Source of the DNA: Camelus ferus
Lineage: Eukaryota
NCBI RefSeq assembly: GCF_009834535.1
Contig: NC_045711.1
Coordinates: 48,050,001-48,114,000 of the forward strand
Length of the DNA: 64,000 bases
Direction of reading: 5' to 3'
The notes beneath the pieces were generated by a model that saw only the letters and a list, made by a program, of their open reading frames with translations, did no database searches and was not told where the DNA came from. Numbering within the stretch: position 1 is the first letter of the stretch; the number at the start of each line of letters is the position of its first letter. Positions 35,553-49,203 of the stretch are shown piece after piece. A program made the translations under genes and the position numbers.

Positions 35553-37524
35553 CCTGTCTGCTTGGGGGCATTGGCCCATCACCCTCCTGGGAGCCCCTCC
35601 GCCCTTCAGCGGGAGAAGGACCACTCTGGAAGCCATCATTCTGGGAGAAAGGAAACGGTGGTGTACCTGCTCTCTGATGGGGGCCTTGGCACCTACTTCC
35701 TTCTGGAGAACTCACCAACTTGCTCCTGGCTACATCCCTCTGCCCAGCTTGGTGACACGCTCAGAAGCTTCCTTGAGCCCCCATATTCTCCTCTCATTGT
35801 CCTACTTTGCTGGGTACCTGTCCCCCTCAGTAGCCAGTGCACTCATGGGGCAGGTAATGGAGCTAATTCATTTTTCCAACCCCACTGCCTGCCCAGGGCC
35901 AGGCACAGAGCTGCTCAACCAATATTTGTTGAATTAATGAAAGCTCAGCTGGGAGGACAGTTTGTGCTCTGCCTGCCCCGTAGGTGGAGCTTGGCGCATG
36001 TTTGAGGAATAAAATGACAGGGCCTGGGATAGTCGACAGTGGGGTAAGACGTGGATGACGCCATCTACAAGGTGGTCTGGCAACCCAAAGCAGCACTCAA
36101 CAATGCCTTATGAATGTGATCTTCAACACATTTTTTCCCCTTTGACCTTATTAACAGCCTTGGGAGAGGAGTAGCATCTGTGTGTTGTCCATCACACAGA
36201 TGGGGTTCATTGAAGCCCAGAAAGGCAGTGGTTTTGTGGAAGTTGCACAGCCAGTGGCAGGGTCTGAGCAGCCCGGTGTGATGCTCCCAGCCCCCCATGA
36301 CCTTGCCACAGCAACAGTGCACCCATGCCCTTTGCCCCCCTCCCACTGGTATCTCCCATGCTCTGTTCTTTGCTGCAGGTGCCCTGGGTCTGACCTCTGA
36401 CCAGAAGGCCAGGCAGCCTCCCCTTTTCTGTGGGGTTGGGAAGAGGACAATGGTAGAGAGGGAATCCAGACCTTTTTGGCCCCAACTTGGGATCAGCAAT
36501 CAGCCTCAGGTGCCGTGGCTTTGGAGGGAGGGGCATTTCCTGCTTGGGGTTCAGTATGGTCTTAATTCTGGCTTCAGGATGGCAGCAGAGTGGAGAAGAG
36601 GGCTTTCCCCAAACTGAGCCTTTGTAGTCAGGGAATGACACGGCTGCCTCAGTGGGGCTGGAGCAGGCTAAGGAGTGTCTGAGGCAGCGCTGGGTGGGAT
36701 AATTAAACAGTACTGACACCTGCTCCCCCACCGAAGGCTGAAGGCACAGGCTGCCTAATATTTATCCAATTGAAGGGGATGAGCCAAATCTTGCCTCCTG
36801 GAGGCCTGTCTCCTTTGTCTGCGGAGCTGCAGCCCCCTCTCCCCAGGAGGCTTCATTTACCTCCAGAGTGATTTCAGGGGCGGTCTGCTTGGGAGGGAAC
36901 CAGCAAGTCCCCACTCCCTGCTCACAAGCAAGCTCTGTGCCCTGCCTCCCGGCACCAGCCAATGCCAAGAGTTTCTAGACCCCCTTCTAGAAGTGGCCTA
37001 AGTTCCTGAGGCTTAGCATGAGAAAGCAGCCCCCATCCTTCCAAGGAACTAGTCAGGCTGGAGCCAAGGATACCAGGTCTCAGAGGTGTTGCAGGGAGTT
37101 GCTGTTTTTTAAATGTAATAGGAAATAAGACTTAGAAAAAGGCATAAAAACAACAGAAGACGTAAGTGAGTACCCGCCACCCAGCTTAAACTATAAAATG
37201 TCAATTCTCCTTTCCCCTCAGAAGAAGCCACTTAAGTTTGCATTTCTACTTACCGCACAGGGATGGGCGTAACCGAGAGTTCTTTTAGTGCCCTCTCTGG
37301 GTATAACACTGCGCTGAGCTCCGAAGAGGATACAAAAGAGGACAAGGATGTGGGAGACGACCACAAAGAGATAAGGAATCATTGGAGGAGAGACCTGTGG
37401 TGTTCCCACTGTAAATGGAGCAATCTGAGCAAAATGCATCACAAACTGAGAAGTGCAGGTGGGGCTGGGTGGGGGGCGCATTTCAGACTAACATGGTGGG
37501 CCAGTCTGGGGCAAGAGAAGAATG

Positions 37525-37710
37525 TGGACTCCGGGGTGGGCAAGCCTAGTTTTGACTCTTGGTCTCTGCTCTTTCCAAGGAAGCGTTAGGTAAGTTCATG
37601 ACCATCTCTGAGCCTCATCTATAAAAGACTTGTGGAGAAGTTGAAATGACACCATGTGTGCCATGTGTGACACAGTATAGGAATCCCATAAGTGTTAGCT
37701 CCATCCCCAG
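37525..37710 (+). mobile_element. MIR
   Basis: GGTAAGTTCATGACCATCTCTGAGCCTCATCTATAAAAG. Confidence 0.6.
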
Positions 37711-38034
37711 AGACGCATCTGAGACTCACTTGAGACTTTCATCCCTGTCCCTCCACAATGTGACTTTACCACATACCAATGACCCACCCAACCCCCAACC
37801 ATCAGTTTCTGAGTTCATTTGCCAGGGATGTGTGAGAGGGAAAAGGAGGAGGAAAGGCGCTCAGGAGGATTCATTCCCAGGGCATCTGGATACAGATCAG
37901 ATCTCCTCCTACTTCCATAACATGCAGACTCCATTTAGATACAAAGGGGTAGGATTGGGTTCCTGGGGAGAAATTGAGCCTCTTCACTTCTGCCTGGTCT
38001 AAATCGAGCAGTTCCTTGGTAACAGGCTCCAGGG

Positions 38035-38170
38035 TTTTGTGATTGGCTAGCTGTGGAGGGAGTGGGAGGAGGGAAGTAAAGCTGCTGATGGAGCTGCAGC
38101 ATCCCTGAGTCTCAGGCCGTGGGAGGGGGAGGGGAAGAGGAGGGCTGAGCAGTGGAGGGAAGAGGGAGCC
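38035..38170 (+). promoter_or_regulatory. Candidate promoter of the microprotein gene
   Basis: Inverted CCAAT box (GATTGG, 38041-38046) followed by G-rich Sp/KLF/MAZ-type runs (GGGAGTGGGAGGAGGG, GGGAGGGGGAGGGG), 100-200 nt upstream of the ATG. Confidence 0.4.
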
Positions 38171-38251
38171 ATTTCTCTCCATTGACTGCAACCTCCGTGC
38201 TCACCACTCACATTTTCCTGGAATCCAGAGGCCTCCGTGGCCAAGGGCTCC

Positions 38252-38332
<81 letters not shown>

Positions 38333-41300
38333 GGGCCTGCAGCTACGGCATGGAGCCTGCAGGAGAACAGCTCAGGGCGGAAGGATGAAGCTGACTGGCC
38401 GAGCATCCTGCCTGCTGACGCACCGGTGGATTTTTGCTTCTGGTCATTTCGGGTATTGATTCAAATCCAAAATTAAAAGAGATCTTGCTTTCCTAATTTT
38501 TCCCTCAGATGCATTGATGTAGCATTTCCCAGACCACTCTGAAAAGATTAGGAAATGCCAACTTCTTGCTTTGAAACCTAATTTAAAGAAACAATTTTTT
38601 AAGCGAAAAATAAAACCCACAATGTGAAGGATTTTTAGGCCGAATGGGTTGGGAGTGGTGTGCATGACGGGAGGGACTATTAGTTCCTAGTTTTTTCTTC
38701 AAGTTAGGTGCTCAAACTCCAAGTTGTCCATTTTCTCCTGGTAATTAAAGGTAAAACCCCTCTTTATATGGCAGCAGAGTGGTTTATAATTATGCCAGGA
38801 TAATTGCATTAATTAATTAACTAATGACTCATTCTGACTTGAGGATGAGATAGCAAATGAAATTTACTTGGGAATGGGCTTTTGGGGGAGATGTCAATTC
38901 TTCTCCAACTGTGGGCTTGGCAGAGAGGAGGGAGGGATTCCTAACTCTTGCCTTAGTTCTTGGGCAGTATCGGGAGCTGATACTTTTGCTGCTGTTCCCA
39001 TCTGAGACTTCTTGTTTCTGGGTTTCCTACAGCTCCTGGACTCCAGTCCAACAAGAGGCCTCTTATCAACAGCAGCAGTCCTGCTGCCCAGCAGACCTCT
39101 CCCAGAGCCTTCCGGATATGGTTAACCCCTGTCAAGCAAGGGGTTTTTTGAACTCAGAGGCAGAGCCACTCAGCTGGGACATCAGGAAAGCAGCATGGCT
39201 GGCAGATGCTGCATGCGTTTAAGTTGGAAGTAGAGGGTTGTCGAGAACACAGAGAGCTCCAGTGTAGGCTTGTTAAAGTTACTGTGGAGAACTGCTTAAA
39301 AATTCATTTTGATAGCCATTCCTTAGGTCTAAATGCACCTGCATATTATGCTAGAATACATTCTTTCCTTTCTCCCTCACAGGGGTTCCCTTGTAAGTTC
39401 AAAAGTCTGTTGTCTCTTCATCTATGAAGCAATCACTTTATCACTGTCTTTAAAGATTGCACAATCTGGAGTTGTGTGGTTTCCCGTGTCTCACTCTCTG
39501 GAAGGAACTTGTCATTTGAGTTTTTAGATTTTTCATATCTTCCCCACTCCATATCTCTTGTGCTCCAGCTTCTCATTTAAAGAGAGAAACAGTTACACAG
39601 TCCTCATTCTTTTTGCCTAGCTGAATTATAAATTACTGAAACAAGATGTCTTTATTTATCTTACTTGTTATTTGGGAAAAATCTCTCTCTTACACTCAAA
39701 TAAATGGGTTTTTATATTGTCAAATGTTCCTTTTCTTAAACAAAAAATTTCAACATATTTCTGTTAGATGTTGAAGAAACCATTAATTTGGCAGGCCAGA
39801 ATAGACTAGGGTGTTGAATCTGTGGTATCTATTCCTTTGAGTAGTCCATTGTGATAGTTCTACATTCGATTTTTCTTTCTACTTAAAAATAAACAAGGAG
39901 AAGGATTAATTTAAGAGTTTTTATTCATAACATTGTGTTCAATTTCCATGCTTTAAAAAGAAAATGGAGGCAGTATATGTCACAATTGAAATGGAAAACT
40001 TTTCTTTTAAAATTCTAGCCAAGAAAAAACAAAGTTCTAGAAGCTTGTCTTGGCAACAAATTATGTGACCTTCAATAATCCGTTTAACCTTCAGTGCTTC
40101 AGTTTATTCTGACAAATGAAGTCACTGGATGAGAAAACTGTTAATGTCCCTTTCCATTTTAAAATTCTACAATTCTGGGATGTATTATCTTTGGAAACTA
40201 CATCTTTGAGAACAAAATTCCCATGGAACAAACTCTTCATATCTTACTAATAGTCTGATTTTTGCTCTCTCCAAATGACATTTTATATCAACTCAGCAGC
40301 AAAATTCTTTTTTGGCTCCCACAGCCACATTGTGAGGAGAAAATGAAAATATTTATTTACCCCAAACATATATCAGTGATAATTTGCCTAAGCTGTTTAG
40401 GGAATATTAACAAGCACAATACTACATGGTGGTACGTAACAAAAAGAGGTCATTGGACAGATACACTAATGCAAGAAGCATGGCTCTGATCATTAATATA
40501 TTCAGGGATGGTCTTCAGTTGTCTGTGGAGTCCTTGACGTTACATTTCCCACTAAAACATTCCTCTGACTCTTTGGTATAACTTGTGCTTCAAATTAAAA
40601 CTTTGCACTTTCAGTCAAGATAGCGGCTCTTATGTCCTTACCTAGGTAATTAGGGCAAGTGTCAGTATACTGGAGGGTTCGAGTTAATACAGTTAATTAT
40701 GGGGCTATAGATCTTCATGGTACGGTCTCCAGCCGAGCTCGCTCTGAAGTCTTTAACCAGGTCAAGGCTCTTATGTCTGTATCCATACACAGTTGAAATG
40801 ACTAATCAATTCAGTGAAAACAATCGGCTAATTTCAGCTACACACCAGTGATATATGCCACTGGTATTGGGCACAATATAAAGACAGAAAGATTACCCAT
40901 ATTTTCAGTTACTTGTGAAATATTATGGTTTTAAAAAATAAATAATTGCATTTTGGAAGAAATTTTGTGGCTTTTTGCCTACATCCATGGTATACATATG
41001 CCACTTTATAAGAGTTTCACTTTGTTCATGTCAATAAAATTTTTCTAATTTTCTCATTTAGACTATTTGTATATTCCCATCCTAAAATGCTGAAAAAGTT
41101 ACCTCTGTAATATAGAGTTTTGTGTAAACTTTACAAATCTGTGTCTTAGGGCAAGCATGTCCTATAAAATGGGGGTTATACTTTGCCCACATCAATGTAG
41201 TAAAAACATCAGTTAAAAATTATAGATTACTTAGGAAAAATTTAATGTAGCATAATGCTAAGAATCACTATATTAATATCTGCTTTCTTGATAAAAGAAA

Positions 41301-44300
41301 ACAAGAGGTTTGTGTGAGAAAATGATATATTTTATTTCAGGAGAAAGAGAGTATCTTTAGGGAACATTTTAAATAATGGAAAGATAAATGTCACTAAGTT
41401 GGAACCACCTAAAATTCACTATTCTGGGTGCTTTATATGGAGTTAAATCCATACTATCTGAGTTTGAAACTTGGCGTGACATGATTTATTAAATTTCAGA
41501 AAATTTGTTTTCATTTAAAAGACTTAAAATTAGCATTGTTCAAACTTCAAAAATCCCTTAAAAGCATCATTTTGATTTTAGAGTACTAAAAAATAGTGGG
41601 AATTTCCCTTAATAAAGTACTTAAGCATAGTTGAAGTGGAAAATTGTCTTTGTAAATTACATGCTTTGGCTCAATCACAGTTCAAATGTTTGCCAACCCT
41701 AGGATGGCCTCTTCTAAATTAGTTTTGCTCCTATCTGTTTTAAACAAGAATAAAATCAAAGTCATATATAAAGGGGGAAACAAAAAAATCCTTGACACAA
41801 CTTCCATTATAAACTCAAACATGCGAAGGCAGATACATTTTAGAACTATTCAAGAGCTGCTTCATTCTTAGAAAAACACTGTAAGATCTTGCAGTCATGG
41901 GAAATTGCAGGTAATCCATAATACTTAATTACATATTTTGTTTTTTGAAACTGGTGTTAAACTATGATAATTGTAGCATTTACATTTTAGCAGCAATTGG
42001 AATATTAATTGCTTGGGAGTTTTGTCTCTGAATCGAATAGCAGAATATTATAGAATACTGTTCTGCTTAGAGATTATTGTTCAATTTAAGAGTTGTTGCT
42101 AGTAAATGAAATTATTTATACACTATAATATTAAGCATAAATATATATAAATATATAGCTAATTGCAACATTAATTAATATTAAGACATTTAGTTTTCTG
42201 ATCATGGTAGAGCTATAATAAACAGCTTAAATAAAAATAAGTTCCTCCACAAGAAATCATTTAAAGGAATTACATACTCGATGATTTGCATAATGACAAA
42301 CTGAACAACTTAGAAATGTTTCTAATTTTAATTTTATTAATATGAATAAATAACAAATAAAATTTAGCAAATATTAAATATTTAGGTATCAAAAACAGTT
42401 CACCATAAATACAATACTTTAGAAGTAGCAATGCATATTTTTCAGTTTTGTGCACCTTCAAGAAAGCAGTGATATCAGAATATCTATTATTATTACTATT
42501 ATTATGACTGTTAATTTAAAAGCCTTTCAAGAGCTAAACCAAGTTTTTGTTTTTGGTTTTTTTAAGCCTCTAGTTACTTGAGGAATTTTCTGGAGTTATA
42601 TTTGCTTTCTTAATGAAAAAAAAATATGTTCTTAGTCCCTTGGCACTTTTTTATTTAACTTAGAGAAGACTGTCCACTATAGCTATCTTGCAGATCATCT
42701 TTCCTATCTTAATGATGCCACAATAAACCAAAGAGCATTTGTCCAAAGCCTGATTTCTTACAGGTTTCAGAGCTACCTGCTAATGGAATTGGTAAAGAAG
42801 TCACATTGCTAGTAAGGAGTCCAAAAACCAAAGAGACTTCTGTAGTAGCATTGTGTTTTTACCCTTCACAATATCCATTGACATAAAAATCTGTGATCAT
42901 GTAATTGAGTACCACTCACTTAAAGGGGTTAACTCTTGAGTAATTACCACACGAAGAGGCTCATGTTTACTTTTTATTGACATAAGATGGTTCCAGTTGC
43001 ACCTTCTGCTGGGCACCTCATATTTGCTCTAATCTCCGAAGGTGAATAATTATCCCGGAATAAAATCTTTGTTATTAACAGAAGAACTGGAAGCACCAAC
43101 TAAGCCATCAAGGGATGGGTAAAGAGTGAAATAAGCTGCCTGTGGTTCATGCTATGGAGGGCAGCCAGATAAGCAACCCCTTGAGCTTCCCGAATGCTTG
43201 ACCGGCTTCCCAAGTACGGTACCATACTGCCTGCACCGTGAAGACGATAAAGTTGAGGGGTCAGAAGGGCATGAGAAGGAATTATCCAAAAAAGTATTAA
43301 CAATAGATGTTCTATAGTTTCATAAGGTACAGAATATTTATCACAAGGCATAAACTTGTAACATCATTCGTTTATTAGCGCTATTGTGGTGTGGGGTGTG
43401 TGTTTAGAAACAACAGTGAAGATAACTGTAATGGTGTGTTGTTGCGCTTGACTTCTAGTGGAAATAAAAAGCATCCTATAAATCAAAGTCAAAAGAGACT
43501 GAGGAAATCACTACTATCAAAAGATTTAAGAAAAAAAAAGCTAGAAGCCCTGGTCAATCTTCTAGTTTAGAAAGAGGTACAGAGCAAATTATCTGACATA
43601 CTTATTTTATCATGCCTGTTCTAGAGAGAATTAGAAGTGGCCAGTCTCAGTGTTTTTTAGCCTATTCATTTTGCGAATGCTCTTTTTTTGTGGGGCAAGA
43701 TGACTGTCTATACCATCACTTAAACATTAACACCAATAATAATAGTATATGCTTTTTCAAGTTAATATCCCACTTTAAAATTTGATATCATACTTTATTC
43801 CTGATGACAAATGTATTTAGCAAAAAACACCCCTGCCAATTTGGTTTCAAATGTTATTTTTATCTATTAATAATTGAATGAAGAATTCGTCAGTTTGCTT
43901 TTTATTGGTCCCAAGATGACATAATTTATCTACTGCACCTAAAGAATGAATCAGGTTTTTATGTTCCAAATTTCTGAGAAGGATGAGATAATCTCACAAT
44001 TGTCAAGAATAATGAAATAACATGAGTCTTTAAAAATTTACAGCCGCAGTGATGTCAGTGCATGTGTGTAATGAGATTCAAAATCCAAATTAAAAAGTTT
44101 TAAATTTTCTTCTGTAAAGTTTCTAAAAATAACTGCTGTGGAGACTTAGATAGTTCAAGGAATTCAAAGAAACTTAACAATGCCAAATTTCTTTCTCTAA
44201 GGGAATGAAACTTAAATCTATTTAGTAAAATATTTAAGATATTCATTATTTATATTAAAATTTTTATTTTTCCCTTTGTTTTTCTTTTCCCCTGTATAAT

Positions 44301-45302
44301 CTAATAGTCTCAACTTGGAATCACCAGTTTTTTTTGCTAAATAAATGGATTAAGCTTTCCAAAGCATGTATGTGAAAGAGTGCAAGAAGGAAAAGAAAAA
44401 GCTAATTAAAGTGTAACTTTGTACTCTGATATCTGACAACTTTAAATCTTTATAAGTTAGTTATGGGTGAATTCTTAAATTGAAAGGAAGAAAATGAATC
44501 CATGATACAAGCAAGAACTTTGTGCATAAATATGCAAGTACTAAACTCTGGAGAAAAAAAGTCCCACTACTGATGAAATTACATTTGGACAATCCATTAA
44601 AGGCATTTAATTTCTGACCCTCCAAAAATGAGGGTAAGTCTTTTTGCTAGTAAAATGTAATAAAACCTTCTTATCACGATTTATATTTTCTCCACAGTTT
44701 TCACTCTTTCTCAATCCTATTACATCTCTTACTGAGCCCCTCTTGCCAAACTTGAGAATTTCCCACAATTTACACCCTACTTCTGCAGGTAATTTCCATA
44801 TCTTCTAGTGTTCCTTTCCTTCATCAGCTCCAGAGGCGAGTTAAGTCAAGGGCTTAGGAAAAGAAAGTCAGCCTCTGAGAAGTCCAGTGGGAAGGGAAAA
44901 ATGATTAAACTCAAGGAGAAGAAAATGGATCCAGGAGGGCTCCAGGATTATTTCAGCTCATTAGGTACTATCATTTTCTATTTTAATAGTAAGAGTGGTG
45001 GTGGCAGATGCTAGTCAAACTGAAATAGTCCTGGAGCGTCTTGGAATTGATTTACCTGAGTGAAGATAAACCCCACTCTCTCATGGGCTGCTCGAACTAT
45101 CCTTGCTTCCAGTTTCCTTCAAGTCCCACTCTTTAAGATGGGGGAAAAAGCTTTAGGAGGAAGTACAAATTATTTGTGTGTTCTGGCAGCAGAATAGCTA
45201 CTTTCTTTCATTTTATATTTTCCCTTACTTGCAACATTTTACTCCAATCCCTGGGAAAGAATAAAAGATGATTTGATTGTATTAAGACAATATATACCTT
45301 CC

Positions 45303-45308
45303 TTTATT
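45303..45308 (-). terminator. Candidate FBXO47 polyadenylation signal (AATAAA on - strand)
   Basis: TTTATT on the + strand about 660 nt past the stop; the region is AT-rich, so specificity is limited. Confidence 0.4.
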
Positions 45309-45966
45309 TATAGACTTTTCATATGATATGTCTTAAAGATGGAAATACATGTATGTGTGCACGTGTGTATATACACAGAAATACATATGTATATATGGAT
45401 ATGTATACACACGCACACTTAATTCCTTTGGTTTTTGATCTGCAAAATGTGAACCAAATGTAATGTTCATTGTAATCATATGCCAAGAAGGTGTTGAAAA
45501 ATGTGATTTATCTGCACGTTCCAAAACATCATACTACAAATCTCCACAAAATATTTTAGGCTATGTCTACACAAAGTGTCTAAGCACAGTGAACCAATAC
45601 ACACTATCAAGTGGATTTCCACTCTAACTATGTAACAGAATTTTCTCTTCAAAGATCCACACAGGTTGGCCAGCCCCAGATTCTTTAACACTAATGTTCC
45701 TTTAGTTTGGTGTTAGGTTTACCACAATCGGGAGAGACACAACTTGTTTTCTAGAGAAATCTCAATATATTCTTGGGTTTGCCTACAATTTTTATATTAA
45801 TAAAGGTGTAAGCAGTTACTTCTAAAATTCTATGCAGCTTTTGAATTCTTAGGTTACTTAGGTGATAAAAAGTCCCATGGATGCTACTCTTTGAGTGTGG
45901 AGAAGTAGCACTCTTCTAATTGTCAGTTCAGTGAGGTATTCTCTAAATGCAAGGCTTTCTGAGTAT

Positions 45967-46079
45967 TTACGTAGAGAGAGTATTCATGGTCAAATATAGG
46001 ACCTCCTTATGGAAGTTAGCCTGAGCATGCACAAGATAGAACAAATTCAAAAAGCTTCTATTTTCTTCATCACGGTCTT
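45967..46079 (-). CDS. FBXO47: FBXO47 coding exon 10 to stop codon
   Basis: TAG|AA GAC CGT = EDRDEENRSFLNLFYLVHAQANFHKEVLYLTMNTLST*; the ten exons total 1356 nt = 451 aa plus stop. Confidence 0.97.
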
Positions 46080-46239
46080 CTATATGCCACACACAGAAAT
46101 AGACAGTAGGGAAAAGAAAATGACAGTTAAGTTTTTAAATGTATGATTTATTTGAAACATAAGATGTTCCAATTTCCCTAATAATATGTAACAGAAGACT
46201 AGTTAGTGATTTTTACTAAGTCAGATGTTAACCACTGAA

Positions 46240-46400
46240 ATCATGGAACTATATTAAGAGCCCTGAATTAGAAATCAGAAGAAAAAGATGCTAGTCTATG
46301 CCTTATTGCTTCTAACTTCATGAACTTGGGCAAGTCAGGTAATTTCTCTAAGCCTTAGTTTTCCCATCTATAAAATAGGGCTAATTATCAAGTTGGTTAC
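46240..46400 (+). mobile_element. MIR in the last FBXO47 intron
   Basis: TGAACTTGGGCAAGTCAGGTAATTTCTCTAAGCCTTAGTTTTCCCATCTATAAAATAGGG. Confidence 0.75.
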
Positions 46401-46748
46401 CTAACAAAACTGTAATATCATAGATGTATAAGCTATACAAATAAAGGATCTTATTATGGTGATTACGACAGTTGGTAAGTAAGCAAATCAAAATTTTTTG
46501 CTGTGCAGAATTGAAATTGGTTCCTTTCAATGCAGACTCTTCAATTTTATGTTTTCCACTAAAACCAATACCAAATTTAAAAAGTGACAATACCAGGAAC
46601 TAAATATATCTCATGGAAAAACAAATGATGTCTTTTTCTTCTATTCTTGGCTTAGAAATAAGTCTACACAGAATTTTCCCTGTCTTAAGGGGAGACCAGA
46701 ATGCATTGTACTCACACCTGTGCACCATCCACCTACATGCATACTCAC

Positions 46749-46908
46749 CAGACATAATCAATTGCATCATTTCCATTATAACACATGCAAATGCATTTGC
46801 CACACTCTGCAGGAAGTTATTTCTTTCCACTGGAGTGCTAAAGACTGTACAGACTTTTTGCATCATTTTAACTGCCCAATCCATGCAGTATAGTTCTTTC
46901 TCGCACAC
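46749..46908 (-). CDS. FBXO47: FBXO47 coding exon 9
   Basis: CAG|VCEKELYCMDWAVKMMQKVCTVFSTPVERNNFLQSVANAFACVIMEMMQLIMS|GTGAGT; 160 nt. Confidence 0.97.
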
Positions 46909-49203
46909 CTGATTTAGACATAGAAAGCATTTTGGTAAATCTTTATGCAAAGAAAGCTGTAGAATTTGAAAATGGTATTAACAATGACAGTTTATAATTT
47001 TACGTAATTTATTACATACAACATGATGTTGATTCTATAAATGGGAAATGCTCTTATATCTAATATTCCTTTGCTTTCAAAATGGTACAAATTTAGCAGG
47101 AAAAACTGTGAAGTAACTAAAAGCCTGGTTCAAGATTATCATGGAATATTATTTACTAATATAAGAAATAATATTGAAAGTAATTATTAAACTTATGAAA
47201 AATAAGACTCCTGTTCATTCATTCATTTAATAAATATTTATTGAGCACATGCTAACAGCTGGAGATACAATAGTAAGCCATAAAGACAGGGCCTCTATTT
47301 TCAAGGGGTCCAATGAGTGTGACAAACAGGCAATTTCGACAGGGAAGAGAACTCTATGATAACATCAGCTTTCCATCTTGAGAGCTGTAGGGAATATTTC
47401 TCTCTCTATTGTTTAAAAAACAAACGAAGAGTACCTGTTTATAGCTAAAACTGACTGAAAGGAAAAAGGTTTACTTATTAACATTCTAAATGGCCGATTT
47501 AACTCATATAGCCCAATAATATACAGCATGAGAAGAAGCTATATAATAGTGTAACTAAATAGTGTTAATCTGACAGGAAAGATTTATTGATTACTTATTA
47601 CATGTAAAGCACTGTAACAGGAACTACAAAGGAAGTACATAGCAGAGTCCTGGATTTCAAAGCACTTGCAATCTATTTTGGGAGCTGATTTACCCACACA
47701 TACACCATTGGTTGATAAAGACAAATCTGAGGCAATTTAGAGAAAATTAATGATCAGAGTTGAGATGTCAATCAGAGAAGGCTTTCTAGAGAAGGCTTCT
47801 TTTCCACCCCTAGTGGCTTCCTCTCCATTCTTTTTGCTACAGTGCAGCCAAAGTGACTTTCCAAAAATGTAGAACTGATCATGTCTCCCTGCTTCCTAAA
47901 ACCTTTCAGCAGGGCAGCTCCTGTGGTTCAAGCCTCACAGAATGGTCAACAAGGCCCGTCCTTACCGAGCCTCTCTCTTCCTAACTAAAGTCACCACCTC
48001 TTCCTCTTCTGCACATTTTCCCTTTCAGAAAAAATACTGAACTGCTTATAGTTCCCTGAATACAGCCCACAGTCCTAATTCTCTCTCCATTTATTTTTGA
48101 GGGCATCCGTTTATTAAAATAAATATTTACATTGAGAATACAGTTAACTTAGTAGCTTTCTTCACATTTCCACATGTTTAAAAGAGCCACTGAGGTTTCA
48201 CTCATGTTTCAAACAGTTGAGTTGATAAATATCCTATCTCCATTTTGTAGGAAATGGATTATGTTCAATTATTTCTCACAATGGCCAATTGAAGATTATT
48301 CCATTGCTTTTGAAGCAGTGGTTGGGCTGACATCAGTGATGGAAGCCAAATAAATGAGAGTTCTGTGTAACACATGCAGGTACATGCTTGAGTAATCTGA
48401 CCTCTCTATCTGACTGGTGAACTCTTTTATTCATTAAAAAAAAAATGTATATCTGCTGGAATTGGTGAAGCCCCCTCTGTATTCTACACTCATCCAATAT
48501 TAGCTCCTTTCTGCTACTTTTGTTTGTACCCTTCTGTACATATTTTTGCACTTATCACACTGAATTTATTTATATACCCTCTGATATCTCTTAAAAGACT
48601 GTAAGCATCTTTTGGTCAGGGATTTGTTCTATTACTTTTCATAGTCCTAAAATCTCACACAGTGTATGACCCATAGTAAACACTCAGTTTGTGTTAAATG
48701 AATGAATATTAAATATATCATAATGTTTTATTTTGAAAAAGAAAACATTTTAACTATAAAAAAGTAAAGAGAATAGTATTATGAACACCTAGTATCCATT
48801 CCCCAGCTTCAACAATTACCAATCTTGTTTCACTTCTATTACCATTAATTTCCACATTCTCTCTTTGCTGCCCATTGATTATCCTGGAGCAAATCATATG
48901 TGTGCTTTATTCTTTTAATGGAACTTAGGAAAAAAAAAAGAATATAACTTGGCAGAGCCATAGAATGACAATCTAGATATGAGGTGGGGAGAGGTTAATA
49001 CAAGGAATGATTCCAAACATGATAGTTTATCATGTATTTTAAAATTGTTAAGTATGTATAAAGTATATATAAAAATACATACTTAAATACTTATTCTTTC
49101 AAAATGTTCTGTATGTACATATCTCAGTTCCTTCAGGGCAGCTCCCTGGGATGTCAACTATAATGTTAAACAATTTGCTAGAAAAAACTTATTTTTTACT
49201 TAC

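Noticed and set aside
38481-38511. Acceptor-like tract (TTTTTCCCTCAG|ATG) after the microprotein stop
   Set aside because: No convincing upstream donor, and the following ATG is closed immediately (ATG CAT TGA).
38857-39222. 121-aa ATG ORF downstream of the microprotein
   Set aside because: Weak start context (C at -3), no recognisable family, and it sits in the presumed 3'UTR.
46613-46912. Plus-strand 99-aa ORF over FBXO47 exon 9
   Set aside because: Antisense shadow of the real minus-strand exon.
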